Assembly: GCA_017499595.2 (NCBI GenBank)
Contig: CM039006.1
Span: 62,001 to 126,000, forward strand
Source of the DNA: Psilocybe cubensis
Lineage: Eukaryota
DNA length: 64,000 bases
Direction of reading: 5' to 3'
In this document: positions 49,196 to 62,841 of the stretch, in pieces
Layout: each line of letters begins with the position of its first letter
Position numbering within the stretch: position 1 is the stretch's first letter
Notes under the pieces: generated by a model
What the model was told of the DNA's origin: nothing
Databases searched by the model: none
Seen by the model: only the letters and a program-made list of their open reading frames with translations
Position numbers and translations under genes: made by a program

Positions 49196-52100
49196 ATCGA
49201 ATGGCGTTTTACGGATTTGCGTCAGTGGGTGAGGAGTGGCACTTGTATAAGTAGAGGTCAATGATATGGAAACTTCAAGAAAACCGGAAGAGCGAGGTGC
49301 CCAGACACAAACCAAACGTCGTCCGCTGAACGCGGATCTAAAAGGCAACTGCTATTCGGTTTCACTTCAGCGGACTCTTAAACGAAACGAATGCGTTTTA
49401 GAGTAAAAATGAGGAAGGATCCATCAGAGGGTTATTGTATAAGTGACATGATATGGATGAGGAGCGCGAGATGCGAGTGTTGTACGGCTAGATCGCCTCT
49501 ACAATGGATAGGCGAGAAATGTGAGTAAAATAGTTTACACATATGTCGATAATGACCATCATGCCAGCAGTTAAACTCTCTGGCTACATGCACCTTCTCA
49601 CAGTCAAACCTTCCTATTCCTCGGTATTCATGTCCTCGCATACACCAATTCCTTCCCCATCTAATTCAAAAAAGTGATCAAGGGCTTCAATTGGCGTGAT
49701 GCCACCTACTTGCCAGACCACAGGCGGGACAAAACTGGACGGCGTGTATGCAAACCGCGCTCCCACTGCAGCGATCGCTTGGGAAGGGCGGTACTTGAAT
49801 CTCTGAGACTGGGACAATGGGATGGGCGATGCTATAGGAATGCACATTCATTGGGAGGACAACAGCAACGCAGGCGATGACGGAGGTTTAGATGGCAGGC
49901 GAGATGCAAAGGGCCTTGGTTAGGGTCTATGTTAATCAGACGAACTTGCAGCCACGCACCTAGAGGAACTTTCCGGCACCGCATCGATCTGAAAACCTGC
50001 TTCCATATCTATTTCACGATAGTTTCCGCTCGACGGCGGAAAATGTTGGCCGGCGCTTGAGGATATCAAGATTGTGTCGATACTGAAGCAATATTGAAGC
50101 TAAACGCGTCTGCACAGGTCATAGTCAGAATGTGTGTCAAAGGTAGGAGCGGTTAAATGGAGAATGACAAGAACGTGTATAAAAGGAAAGGGGGTGATAG
50201 GCCAGCGTTTAACCAATCGAGCGATCAAGATTCACCTTTTGCAGTGATATATTGACCTTAAAATCACTTATTTAGAGTAGAGATTGGATTTCCTCTAGAT
50301 GGATTCCTGTGAAGCTGTGAAATCTTCCGCCACATACGAGTGTTGCTAGCTACTTATACAAAGACTGGATGTGGAGGGGAGAGAAAATATATCGAGTTAT
50401 TGACGTGCTGGAGAATTTATGCCTCTTACCGTAAAAAATGAAACGCTTAGAGAAGAACGAGGGGACGAATGGGAGCATCAATAGGGGTATATGGAGTTTG
50501 AGAACATGGCGGAAACGGAGACAGAGTTGAGACGAAGTGGTGTATGCAGTCCCGGTATGCTTTTTGATCGCTTCAGCAATGAAAGGGTGCACAGTTGGTG
50601 GGGTGGTGGTGGATCGTGTTCAGCACTGAGAACGTTAATGAAGGTGAAGGATAACGAATTTCTCGATTATGAAGGCCAGGCTGAAGTGTACGGAACAGAG
50701 GCCAGGTTGACCGTTGAGGCCTGAGGCCTGAGGTCTTGAAGAGTGAAAGCTTCGGAATTGGAGTCAAAAAAGGCTCAGAAAGGGTAAGAGCTTCCGCGAC
50801 AAAGGTACGTGTTACACACCTTCTGTGGGATACAATGCTAATGACACCCTCGCCGCCCGCAGATCACCAACGTTTCCAGCATGTCTAAGTTTGGCGTACA
50901 CGTTGGTTCCAGTTGGCTCCGTCTACTACAGATGTAGAGTGGATGATAGTGAGCAGAAAATACATGGCATAGGAGTGTCGGGAAAAGCGTCAAGAAAGGG
51001 GAAAAACATGCGGGGATATGGTAGGTACATGCCTACCCAAATGGTGAGCACGTTCCTGTTCAGTCAAGAAGATAACCTGTCGTCCTTTTGCAGCATAAAT
51101 CAGACATAACCATGATCAAACGGGTATCTGTGGGTGATATCGTCGAAGCCAAAAAAAACTATTTGGACCACGCTCATTCGGCCATGGTTCGGCGAAGTCA
51201 ATTGCATTTCCCACGCCTCAACTCTAAGGATCTTTCTAGGGGCAGATGACTATGTAATTTTCAAACAACACTACTGGCGTCCATCGATATCTAACTCGTA
51301 AAAATGGGTTGTAAAAACTTTGAACTATTTGCAGTATTTTAATTACTAAAAAAATGGTTACTGTAACCTTTCTCCTAGTAGTAGGAAACATGAGTAAATT
51401 TATTGATGGACGGCATTCTAAAGGACACAGAGGATATTGCAAGATCCACCATCTTTCGGCAGGTTGAAAAGAGATACCCTAGAAGGTAATATACATACGT
51501 AGTACATACTACTATGGGACCCTGTTCCTCATTTCTTTCCAGTAATCGGTATAATAAAGCAACCCTTTTGATGACAATAACGGAGTAAGCAGTTCACTGC
51601 ATTTAGTCGCGGGGATAGAGAGCTTTGCTATTCTGCCACCGTCAGAGACTAAGTAAGATGTGTATCCCGAAGCATTCTAGACCGAAATACAATTCAATTC
51701 AATTGGTGAACCGATAATCATCATGTCATCATCATAAAGTAGGAGAATGGCAAGGGCCGCGTCATCACACGAAAATCAATACCATCAAGTTTAAAGCTAC
51801 ACTACCTTCCACATTGATCCATGCAAACTGCAAAACCAGCAGCTTACAAGCGCATAGCATGACGATACTCGACAGTTTGAACTGAAGTGACTATGCGAAC
51901 GTTACATATGTGCTCCAGAGTCTATTTTACTATTTGCGGAGATCGCCGATAAACGGATGGCTAGCTCGGCATCGTCCGGTAACTTACCTCCATCCCAAAC
52001 TTCCCAAGATTCAAATTTCAAAGGGTAACCAGGTGGAGCCCAACGCATCATTTTCCTTCCCAAAAGAATGCACAACATTTCACTGTTACGATGAAAATTG

Positions 52101-52345
52101 CGGCCATAGAAAGGCAGGAAAGAGGGAGGGCCCACCGCGACAATCAAAATAACAACATGGATTCCAACGCTTGAGGGGCGGGCGGCGCGCTGGTATGAGA
52201 GGCTGCAAATCGGTATGCGTTTCATAGATGACTAACCTGTATCATTCTTTAGTCACCAGGCATGAGAAGCCAATACAATGACCAAGTCCTAACATGTTTT
52301 CCTAGCTTATATTCCCCTCATCCATTATCCAGTCCAGCAAATGCA

Positions 52346-53709
52346 ATGATACACCCCCAGCAAGAATCTGAAATGATCCGCAACATCGCCATTCGAAAGT
52401 GGTCGACTCGTAAGTTTGTTATCCAACAATACCTATTTTCGCCGAAAGAACCTCACGTACCATTTTACAAACCCTTTAGTGGCATCCCTAGCAATATTAC
52501 TCTACGAATACGCGATTACACTCAACGAAGAAATGTTGTATATTTGGAGGTATGGCTTATTCGTCTTAACAGTGTTTGTGGTACTTTTCAACGTCTAGGC
52601 CTATTTTGACCAGGCAGCCTTTTACTCTTGTGAGAGTCATATACATATTATCTCGCTACACAGCTATTTCAGTACAGAGGTTCGTTATAACGACCCTTCA
52701 TACACATTTAGAACAACATCTTGACACCTCGGAAAGCATCAATGTGTTTTTGGTCTTCTGGCCGTTTTCTGTCACGGATATAGCGGAGGATACTTGCAAA
52801 CGATGGTTCACCATGCAGATCACCGCAGTATGTGCACTGATGGCGCTCATGGATGGCATCCTCATGCTTCGAGGTGTGCTTCCGTTCTATCATGCCTTGT
52901 GGGCTAAATTGAACCTTTTTTTGTCTTTGTCGCGTAGTCTATGCGCTGCACAAGAAGAACCGACGGGTGGGCGTTCTCCTTGGTGCACTTTTTAGCGCAC
53001 AAACAGTCGTTCAGGCAGTATGCGGCCATCTAGCGTCAAACGTGCCGTACGACGGTTTCTGCGACACCCTCGAAGCCCACAGCGCCGTCCTCTATTTTTG
53101 GTCAGTAAATAATCAATTGCAATTGTTACCGCTTTTCCAGCCAACAATGTGTCGCGATCGTTTGCTTTCGTTCTCTCCAGTATTTCCGTGTGGGTGACAC
53201 ACTTATCTCTGGCCGCGTTGATTGCGATGAAGCGGGACTTAATGCACCTGAAAGTTCCCGTAGTGAGGATCGTGACTCGGGATGGGGCGTTAACTATGAT
53301 TACAATCGTCTGTAAGCACTCGAATATCTCTCAGATTTGCTAATTGAACTAAAAACCAACACTCCGATTAGTTTTGTGTACAGTAATTACCCCATGGACC
53401 ATAATCAACCAGGTTTCCAAAGCTCACGTAGCCTTCGGGTACGTATTCCTTGCAATAGCCACGCTCCATTGCTTACCCCTAGCCATCCTTTTGCGCAGCT
53501 GGCCATTATCCATAATGTCAGTTAGTGTATGTCACCCATCCTCGTCACACGTAGAATCCACCGCTAACTGTAAATATCAGTGCTGTCGTATGGTTATGAA
53601 TATGCAGTCCCTCGACGTCAACGGCAATGGAACAGGACATAGACTCGATCCCGAAGACCTCACAGAATTGACCTCAGATATATATACCTATCCTCTGGAA
53701 CTTCAGTGA
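52346..53709 (+). CDS. DUF6533-like multi-pass membrane protein, paralogue 1
   Basis: RKWST|VASLAILLYEYAITLNEEMLYIWR, YILSRY, DGILMLR|VYAL, VVRIVTRDG, CRMVMNMQ and LTELTS across many short introns. Confidence 0.8.
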
Positions 53710-54304
53710 TATGCATTGGACCTCGCAGGGTATAGTATTCAGAGAAAGTCTTTGAATGAAATGGAATCTTTTCAGCGAATTTCCAACTCTGACTAAATGC
53801 GACTATCTTTGAGCACGCCACCCCTAATCTCCTGGAAACACACGAAATACGTCAGGTTCACAATTTAGACGTCTGACGTGTTGGCCCAGACCGATCAGGG
53901 ACTCGCTGAAGTAATGAGAGCCTCATCGGCCCATATCTGCCTTGTTGAGTTGAAGTTAATAAAAGGCGTTATACTGCTGCTTCCTTCATCACGTTGAGGA
54001 CATGCATCAGATAATAGAAAGCTCTGTGCACAAGGAAATGTGAGAGAATGTAAAGTATTAACCTTTTATTCTCTGAAGGTGTCCGTATATGTCGCTGATT
54101 TCCTTTAGGTCATAACTTCACATGCTCCATTAAGGTCCCTGACACGACACAAAAAAGTCACACACGCTCTCTTCCCTGCCATCAGCTTTAGGGCTAGATA
54201 CTAAACCGTAGGGAAAATAGCAAGAAGACAAAAATCTCTCTTCTCCCCACCCATCTCTGCCGCTTTACTGACGGAAGTGGTACCAAACACTTTCATCCTC
54301 ATAC

Positions 54305-55648
54305 ATGGATGTGAGCCCTCAGGATGAAGCTGCTCTGCAAGCGGTTACATTCAGGAGATGGTCAATGTGTACGTACGCTATTAGTTTCGTCATGAGTCTC
54401 CATTTCATTGCATTCAATATTGCGCAGTGGCTTCGCTGGCGATGGTCCTCTATGAGTACGTTATTACATTCAGTGAAGAAATGAAGCATATCTGGCGGTA
54501 TGAATTTTTCACGCTATTCCCGGATGCCTACGACGAAATGAAACAATTCAGAGCGCCATTAAGACCCGTGCGTCTGATATACATCTTTTCAAGATACGTC
54601 GCCATTATTGTTGGGAGGTCAGTCCCTTATTGGTGCCAGGATGACCCTTGTAAGTGAGAGCTCACAATGTGTTATAGTGTAAACGTATTCCTAATATTTG
54701 GCCCATTATCATCCACAAATATACCAAGGCATCGGTGTAGGCAATGGTTCACGTTCCAACTTTCAGCTGCGTGCTTGATCATGGGTTCCCTGGACGCCAT
54801 ACTTATGCTAAGGGGTGAGTTAAATATTCCAGGGACCTGATAGTTTCTAATATCCCCGACGGTTGTTATATGAAGTGTACGCCCTTCATAATAAGAACAG
54901 GAGAGTGGGCGTTTTTCTGGGGCTTCTATTCGTGGGGCAGATTATAGTTGAAACAATTTGTGGCATTTTGGCAGTAGATGTTTCCTACAGCAGAATCTGC
55001 GATATCAACTTCATTCATCCTTCAGTCATCTACTATGGGTAAGTTTTTTAAGCTGTACCTTTCGCATCAGCTGTTCACCGACATTTTGGTACAGTTCCTC
55101 CGTGTTGATAACACATATATCGTTAGTCGCCTTGACAGTCTGGAAATACGACCTTATAAAAATGAACATCCCCATTGTACGGATTGTCACTCGCGACGGG
55201 GCATGGATCACCGTCCTTGTTTGCTGTAAGTCGTCAGTTCTTCGCATGCTACGCAATCCCGGTAGCTTGCTTCCTCTTCCTCAGCAATGTTTAGTACTTT
55301 GGTCCCATGGGCGCTGATACATAAAGTTCAGAAAGCCCATATCCTTTTCGGGTACGTTGCTAGTACTTTATGCTTCGTGGTATGATCTCTCATTTATCTC
55401 GCACATGCTTTGCACCTTGCTCTTCGAAGATGGCCCATATCAATGATATCTATAGGAGTATGTTGCGTTCCTTGCGAACAGATATGCCAGTCTTTCACTA
55501 ATTAATGATCATTTACGTCCAGTGTTGCCGTATGATTATGAATATGCAGAAGCTGGATGTTGTATCAACGGAGTTGAGCAATGACGCCGAAAACCTTACA
55601 GAGCTCACGTCGGAACTCCTCACCATTCAGATTGAGCTCAAGGGTTGA
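54305..55648 (+). CDS. DUF6533-like multi-pass membrane protein, paralogue 2
   Basis: RRWSM|VASLAMVLYEYVITFSEEMKHIWR, YIFSRY, IVRIVTRDG, CRMIMNMQ and LTELTS; same exon pattern as paralogue 1. Confidence 0.8.
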
Positions 55649-56720
55649 CAGACCACGGTACCTGTAGTTTCCATACGTCACACCAGGCCATGCTTCCTAC
55701 ACTTTTCTTGTAAATAATATAGTCCAGTAGGTGCTTTCTGACATTTGATGTGAGAATTGGTAAGCAACGGTTTTTGCGTCCTGGTGCGAGCGATCTACCA
55801 TCAATTAAACTCTTATGCGACGCAGAGCGATTACACTGAAGTTCACAACCGGTAACTCAATGGCAATGAAAAAAAACATATACGCAAATTTAATCCTAGT
55901 TTGGCGCTGTTATAAACGCATCCGGATGGACTAAATCTCAAGCTGAGCCACTTACAGCCGCTAACGTTTCTCGACGATGACCATTCATTCCAACCGTCCC
56001 AGAACCCAACAAATGACAACGTATATTCACGAGGTTGGTTTTGAGAATATTGTCGAGATTGGTGCAGCGTAATGGAGCACAAAGAATGACAGCGCTTGTT
56101 CAATGTTGAAATTACACCACGGGCGTCAATCACAAATGTGTCATCTGGTCAAGTGTTCGACGCCCAACGTTCGACGTTCAGTCAAAATGTCCGAAACTGG
56201 AACATTGACAACCACATCAAATCCGCTGCTCGCAGCGCGCAGTGCGCAGCACAAAGTCTGAAAAAAAGAAAATAAACGTCGGACAACCACAGCGACCAAA
56301 GTCATTCCTCTAAAGTTCGAGTGGGAAGAGGTAGAAATATAGAAGGAATGGTTCAATATTAAATAGTATAAAGTTGGGGAAAGAATACGAGTATTGTGGC
56401 ATGAGTATAGGGACTGGGGCTTGGTGGAGGGGACATAAACTAAAATTTGGTAGTAAGACGGAAGCAGACGCTCCGTACCGCGAGTATCGGTTGAACGGGT
56501 AAATTGGTTTGAGGGACAGCTCATGGGTTGCAGAGGCAGGGGGTGGTGGTGGTAATTGCGAGCTGGTTTTATGAAGCGGACCACATCCACTATCATGAGG
56601 GTGGGACGAGAAGCGTTTCTCCTATAAGGGAAAGTAAAAGAAAAGGTTGAAGTCGTTGGAACAAAAATCCAAAGTAAAATAAGAAAAAAGATAAAGGAGG
56701 AAAACAGAAATAAAAGGGAA

Positions 56721-58211
56721 TCAAAGCAACGAATCAAGTTTGGACAACACCTCCAGTACACCTGCAATGAGCTCAAAGCCCGTATCCTCATCCCCTCCCA
56801 CCGCTTCCTTTCGAACCTCCTGCACTAGCCCAATAACCACTTCCCTGCCTCCGACTTCAAGACCACCTCCACTCGCCAGCCTCGACGCCTGTCTCCTCCG
56901 CCCTGCAGCCGTGGCTGGTGTCATATGCTGGCCAGCGCCCGGCCCCAACCCTCCGGCGGAGCCATACGGCCAACACACGAACTCGCCCAGAATCTCGTCA
57001 CACCGCTGGAACGCTGCCTCTCTTTCCTCATAACCAAGTCGCCCAAACGCGTTATCAAGCACGCTGGCGGTATATGCGGTACAAACGAGACAGACAGCCC
57101 GAAGCACGCGGCACTGCACGCCCTCTTTGTCGAGTGCGGATGGGGGGATAGCAGAAGTCGTGCTAGTGAGTAGCGACACCACGCGGTTGATGATGGATTC
57201 CTTAGTGCGCACGTCCGCTACAGGGTGCGTCGCCATGTCAAAGAGGAGGAAGTTGCGCTTTTCTGTGCGCAACACGCCTTTATCTACGAGGCCTTTTGCC
57301 AGACGTTCTCTGACTTGTTTGAGTTGGAAGCCAATTTTCATGACATTCCACGTTTCTCCTAGAAAAAAGAACGACGAATTACTTTCGTATGCACACCGGT
57401 AAAAGTGAGAGGTCGCAGATTAAGTGGGTAGTTACGCACCGCTCATAAGGTCTATCCATGAATTAATGCTTAATTTCTCGATCTCCTGCTGTGCCTTCAT
57501 CATCTTCAACGCCTCATCCAGAATTGTCTCCCCCGTCTGCCGGTCATCGATAACCTCAACAATACGCTCTGCGATGGGCACCCGTCGCCTGTTGGGGTCC
57601 TTGAACAGGGCTATTCGTCGTCGTAGCGCCAGCTCAATCAAAATACATCCCCGCAAAGCATACGAAATGTTGTCGTTCCAAAATGATAGATATCCCTAAA
57701 GCATGACAGTTGGGCAGATAAATGAGTAGCCAGAGCGAGAACAACCAGCACCAGAAATAAGCCGATAAAAAAATAGCCACAAAATATAGGCGAACTATGG
57801 CCGTCTTCTCCTGTGGTCCAGCTCGTCTGCGTGCACCATGCAGGTATACCACCGGAATGCAATAAAGGCTTATACAAGCTCAACACTGACCTGTTTGTCC
57901 TTAATACCCAGCAGCAATACCTCCTCCATGATTGTCAATCGCGGCATCTTTCCGCCAATCCTCGCCTCCTCGCTAGCGTCCTGCTGCAAATCTCGAGGGT
58001 CAAACGCGATCTTGCTCCCGCCTTCAAATGCTGAGCCCGCATGCTGCACCGGTGCCGATGCACCATTTCCCTGGCCATTCGACATCGACGAACCACGTCG
58101 ACTCATGCCATTGGTCCCGTTGTCGTCGTCTACATCGTTGTACATCGTTGAGGATGATGAAGCGCCACCACCGCCGACACGGCGCCGTGAGAGACCGCCT
58201 GAAGACGCCAT
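56721..58211 (-). CDS. VPS74: Golgi phosphoprotein 3 / GPP34 family (Vps74)
   Basis: [106 protein letters not shown]; three exons. Confidence 0.95.
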
Positions 58212-58543
58212 GCTCAATTTCGAGAAGGCTTTTTTGGTATATGAACAAAGAGGCGGGGGATGGGTATGTGGTTGGATTGCTCGTCACCGTGCTGCGTCCG
58301 CATAAATCATCTGCTCCAGAGTGCGGAGTTTGGATTTTTGGACCATCAGCACATCACGTGTTTTCATGACTCTGACGCGACTCTTTGAATAGGGGCTCAC
58401 GACATGCCATTGTTGTATCAACAATTTTGATCTCCTGAAATCCAATAACTGTATTGAGCAGAACAGATCAGCATTCCGAAATAGCAACTTTAAAACAATA
58501 CAAAGTAGTCAGTATAGACGAGATCTACTATCTTTGATTTTGC

Positions 58544-60005
58544 CTACAATACGGGATTTTGATAAAACTCGATATTCAACCCTCCCGATGACCTCAGCGA
58601 CAATGAAGCAAGTCTCCTGTTTAGGTGGCGCACTACCGTGCTCACGTAGTCCGTCGAAAAGTTCATCAGTTGCTCCATGCAACTCTGAAAGCCGATTGTT
58701 ACGTGATTTATTCCAAGGAGAGATGGGTGAAGAAGTAGCTCATCTAAAGCTTCGCAAGGAAGCTTCAATAAATCCAGAACGACTGAAACATGACAAGTGG
58801 AGCGTGAGATAAATAATATGCGGAGGTTATTCACGCTCTGTGGTATGTTTTGTAGCAGATGCATCATGAGTCGAAGGTGACCAACACATCCATCGATGAA
58901 CGAAATTGATTGCAGATGAGGAATGTTTTCATAGTTGATTTCAGCCATACGCTTCCAGTTAGTGAGACAGTAGATATCTTTTGAATAATGGCACAATTAG
59001 TGTTCTAATGATTCAATTGTGTCAAGCAAATAAAATACCTTGCGTCATTTTTAATCCGACAGACAACTCTCGTAGGGAAGGCGCCTGCTCAAGGATTTCG
59101 TTGAAATCCCTGAATTCTTCATGGCATGTAATATCCATTGCCAGCTTTGTCAGTACTGGAAGGATTGACATCGGGGATTTGACTGATAGGGTGGTTACGT
59201 GGCAAGCAACTATCTGTTCTATGTCAACACAAGAAACAGACCCATCAATGTCCAGTGACTCCAGCTGTAATATACAGTCGCCATCTCCGGAGTAGTCTGA
59301 ATCATTGTAAGGGCGTAAAGGTGAATATGATATGGAGCACCGACGAAGAAAAAGATGTTTGATCCCGGAATGTCGCAAGAAATCTCGAGGTAATCTGCGC
59401 ATCACGTTTAGGCATAATCGATTTAGTCTTGAAAAGCGGAGGATATTCTCCAGTGCCCGTTTAAGAACTGGATCGAGAGACTCCCACGCCAGGCCCTCGT
59501 ACGCATCGCCCTCCGAGTCATCGTACCGTGGTAGGTCAGAATCAGCAGGTTGCCTTCGTTTACGGTACACATAGAGCGATAGAGAGTAAATTGACGAAGA
59601 TTGAACATAATCATCAGGTGGGTCATTGGCCCGGAACAAATTATCTAGAATATACGCAAAATTTCCGTCCTCAAGAGTGGGCATAATGAGGTCTCGGAAA
59701 CCAATCAACTCCACCTCAAAGGTCGTTACAAATGAACATAGGTTCGGCAACCGCTCATGAGCGCGACCACTCCGAACGAGATCCGCCAACCTTGTCATTT
59801 TCCTCCCGGTGTGCTCCACGTCGTGAGATGCTCCAGTACGGTGTAGGATTAGGTGTCCAAAGCGGCACTTGTTGACGAGAGAATGGAATACGTGCGACGT
59901 GAGCGCGATACGAGAGATGCTCTGTGCGTCAACGACACCCCATGCTGTGCTAACAATATCATCGAGGAGCTCAATTGGAAGCGTCGGACGCGTTGGAATG
60001 TACAT
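58544..60005 (-). CDS. F-box-like protein paralogue, 2 exons
   Basis: LPIELLDDIV...ISRIALTS...CRF, FVTTFEVEL, FAYILDNLFR and APSLRELSV; a phase-1 intron (GTATTT...AAAG) joins ORFs 59022-60143 and 58544-58996. Confidence 0.75.
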
Positions 60006-60151
60006 GTTGTGGAACGATGGGTGTTGGTGAAAGACAATACTTTGGTGGAGTGCTAATGTAAAGATAATCGCAAGGCGTGGAGGATCGTCCCGATATAGAA
60101 TCCACGGCATTTCATTTCGCTTCTTCAATGCCCCAATTATCAAGCGTTGTA

Positions 60152-61499
60152 CTACATGTCCTGTAATTCAATCTGAAGAGTATCAAGCTCTGTCAAAGTC
60201 ACTGAGTCGTGTTCGACGTCCGTAGTGGTCGTTGAAGAAAGGTCTAGTGTTTGCATGTTCATAATCATTCGACAGGACTTGAAAATGTAATGTTATAACC
60301 GCTGCGTAGGAATTTATACTAACAAGCACGTACCGCCACAGACAAGATTGTTATAGGCCACCTATGGGCAACGAAAATGAGGAATGGATGCTTTGGTTTG
60401 TGATTCATCAGACGCACCCGAGTATCATATGAGCTTTAGACACTTGATTGCGAACAGCAACGGGAGTGATCCCGGCAAATACTCCTATTGTATACAGGGG
60501 TGGTAGTTATAACTGTTTTAATGCATGTATTTGCAATAGACTTACCGCAAACTATGAACATGATCCATGCCCCATCCCGAGTGACGACTCTGACAATAGG
60601 AGCTCTAAGCTTCATCAAGTCATACCTGGCGGCAGTCATTATAGCCAGGGATACATGGGTAAACCATATGGAAGCACTACTCGATAGTGCTTAAGAGTTA
60701 CCTCTACAGCAAGAAGGGAATGTAGGTTACGCACCTAAAATACAAAACAGCGATGCTCGTCTCACGGGTGTCACAGATTGCGTCGTATCGAACATTGACA
60801 ACTCGGGGCACAATCGTGATATCCAGGGCTACCTGTCCCCAAAGAATAAACACCAGGAATGCACCAATTGTCCTGCTTTTCCTATAGAGTGCGTAGACTA
60901 GGCAAGAACAATATTATTACTCAGCCAAAAGAGATTAACAATAAGACACTTATTATACCTCGAAGCATAAGAATACTGTCCAAACCTGCAACCAACATAC
61001 ATCCTACCGTAGTTTGAAAGAGAAACCACCTTTTGCATGTTCTCTGGGTAGGTTCCGTGCGGGAAAAGGCCCAGAAGACCAAGTAGACGTTGACGCTGTA
61101 TGTCGCATTTTAACCGTAACAATTGACAAAAATGAGCCCGAACAGTTTGAATAAAATACTGACCTCTGAACAATTATACCAATGTACCTTGCTAGTAGAT
61201 AAATAGTGCGCACAATAGATGGAGGCCGCCTGATGAGGTCCCACCCATTATTGAACGTCAACGAGATCCATCATTATCTTCTCCGATGTCTAAAACATAC
61301 CTCCATATATACCGAACTTCATTGTTGAGCGTGATAGAATACTCATATAGCAATATAGCTAGAGAGGCCACTATTTCAGTGCGGAAGGAATCAGAATATC
61401 TAGAGATCCGTACAGCAAGATAAAAGACGCACACGTTGACCATTTACGAACTGTGATATTTTGAGCAACTTCTCGTTCTACGATAGCCGAGGCATCCAT
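60152..61499 (-). CDS. DUF6533-like multi-pass membrane protein, paralogue 3
   Basis: MDASAIVEREVAQNITVRKWST|VASLAILLYEYSITLNNEVRYIWR, YLLARY, IVRVVTRDG, CRMIMNMQ; ends ...LQIELQDM-TAG. Confidence 0.8.
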
Positions 61500-62841
61500 C
61501 CACCTTGAGATTGGGCAAAGGCCGGGGGGATTATTGATGTTGTTTAAATATAGGCTCCAGGTTGAAAATGAGGGGAATATGAACGCAGTGAAGTACCAAA
61601 GCTTCCCCGGGTTCCCATTATATGTTCGGGATAAGGGGTAAAATGTCCTGTGAAAAGTCAAGAATATTCTCAGAGAAAAGGGTTGGTTCAATGTCAGGCT
61701 AAATTAAACGGCGGAGACCGATGTCACACTCAAGGCAAAGATTGTTGGTGAAACAACATACGTAAACTGTAACCCTGCTGCCTTACTACACTACCGTTTC
61801 TGCTGTATATATACTGTCCGTGATTACATAAGAAACATAGGGTTTCTTAATTGGTTCTTTTACCTTACCAGTTTGAGTGTCACTGCTGTATTCAGACAGA
61901 CAGCAGCGGATCATTTGGTAGATCACAGGCTTTTCCAGTAAGTAATCCCTGTACAGTAGGTACCTCTGAATAAATTAAAATTAGCTCTCAACTTCGGGGC
62001 CGGAAAGCGTTCCTTCCCTGGTTCGGACCTGTTGTCTGCTCGGCCCTGGCTCGGCCCCAGGTTGACAATTGGTCATGTGTATTTAGTTCAGTACAATTCT
62101 GGTTCTGTAAAATTAATGACATATCATATCTTATCAAGTTTACGTTTAAACTTGCTTGGTCAGTAGTGGACGGTTAGCATCAAAGTCAGAGACAGTTAGT
62201 CACTGCAAGAGGGTAAGATGGCAAAAATGAAATGGCATTACTTTTTAAAATCCATTCTCTGGTCCCTCGCGACATGAAGCAGCTACTCAGAGAAATTCAG
62301 TTCCTGTGTGGAGACATAGCCCCAATGGAAATGCAGGGATCTAGAATGTCCTGACGTCTGAGTTTTCTGTCTTAGCGACATCTGAATGACGGAGGGACTA
62401 GAACTCTACTAGTGGTAGTGATACGTAACGAAACACATCACTTCTACTACTTACCTAGCTGTCCCTTAAAAGTGACTAGGAATCAGTATAGATTGTTATT
62501 AATAAGTCACTACTATTCTTCTGAAGTCCCCTATCTCAGGAACACCGTATTCTGCATTCCTTGGCTCAGGCTGGATGCCGCCGCTGGAAATTCAGTGTCT
62601 ACAGGTACTTTAAGGCCAACATTAGGCACTTCAATGAAGCTTGTGGTTTTGTCGATATTGTATAATTTTATACTATTACTTTAGCTCTCTTTAGCTTATG
62701 CGATACTGACGTTGACAAAGCTGGGTTCACGGCACGGCACCGGGCCAACGGTTCCAATTCTCATGTTGCTCACGACCCTTCGCGTTGCTGACATGCGGGG
62801 TCCAAATTCTCTTCGACATATTCTCTCATGTAGCGAATTCG

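Noticed and set aside
49400-52300. Searched for small pheromone-precursor (CAAX) ORFs or RNA genes
   Set aside because: No convincing CAAX-terminated ORF or tRNA-like structure seen.
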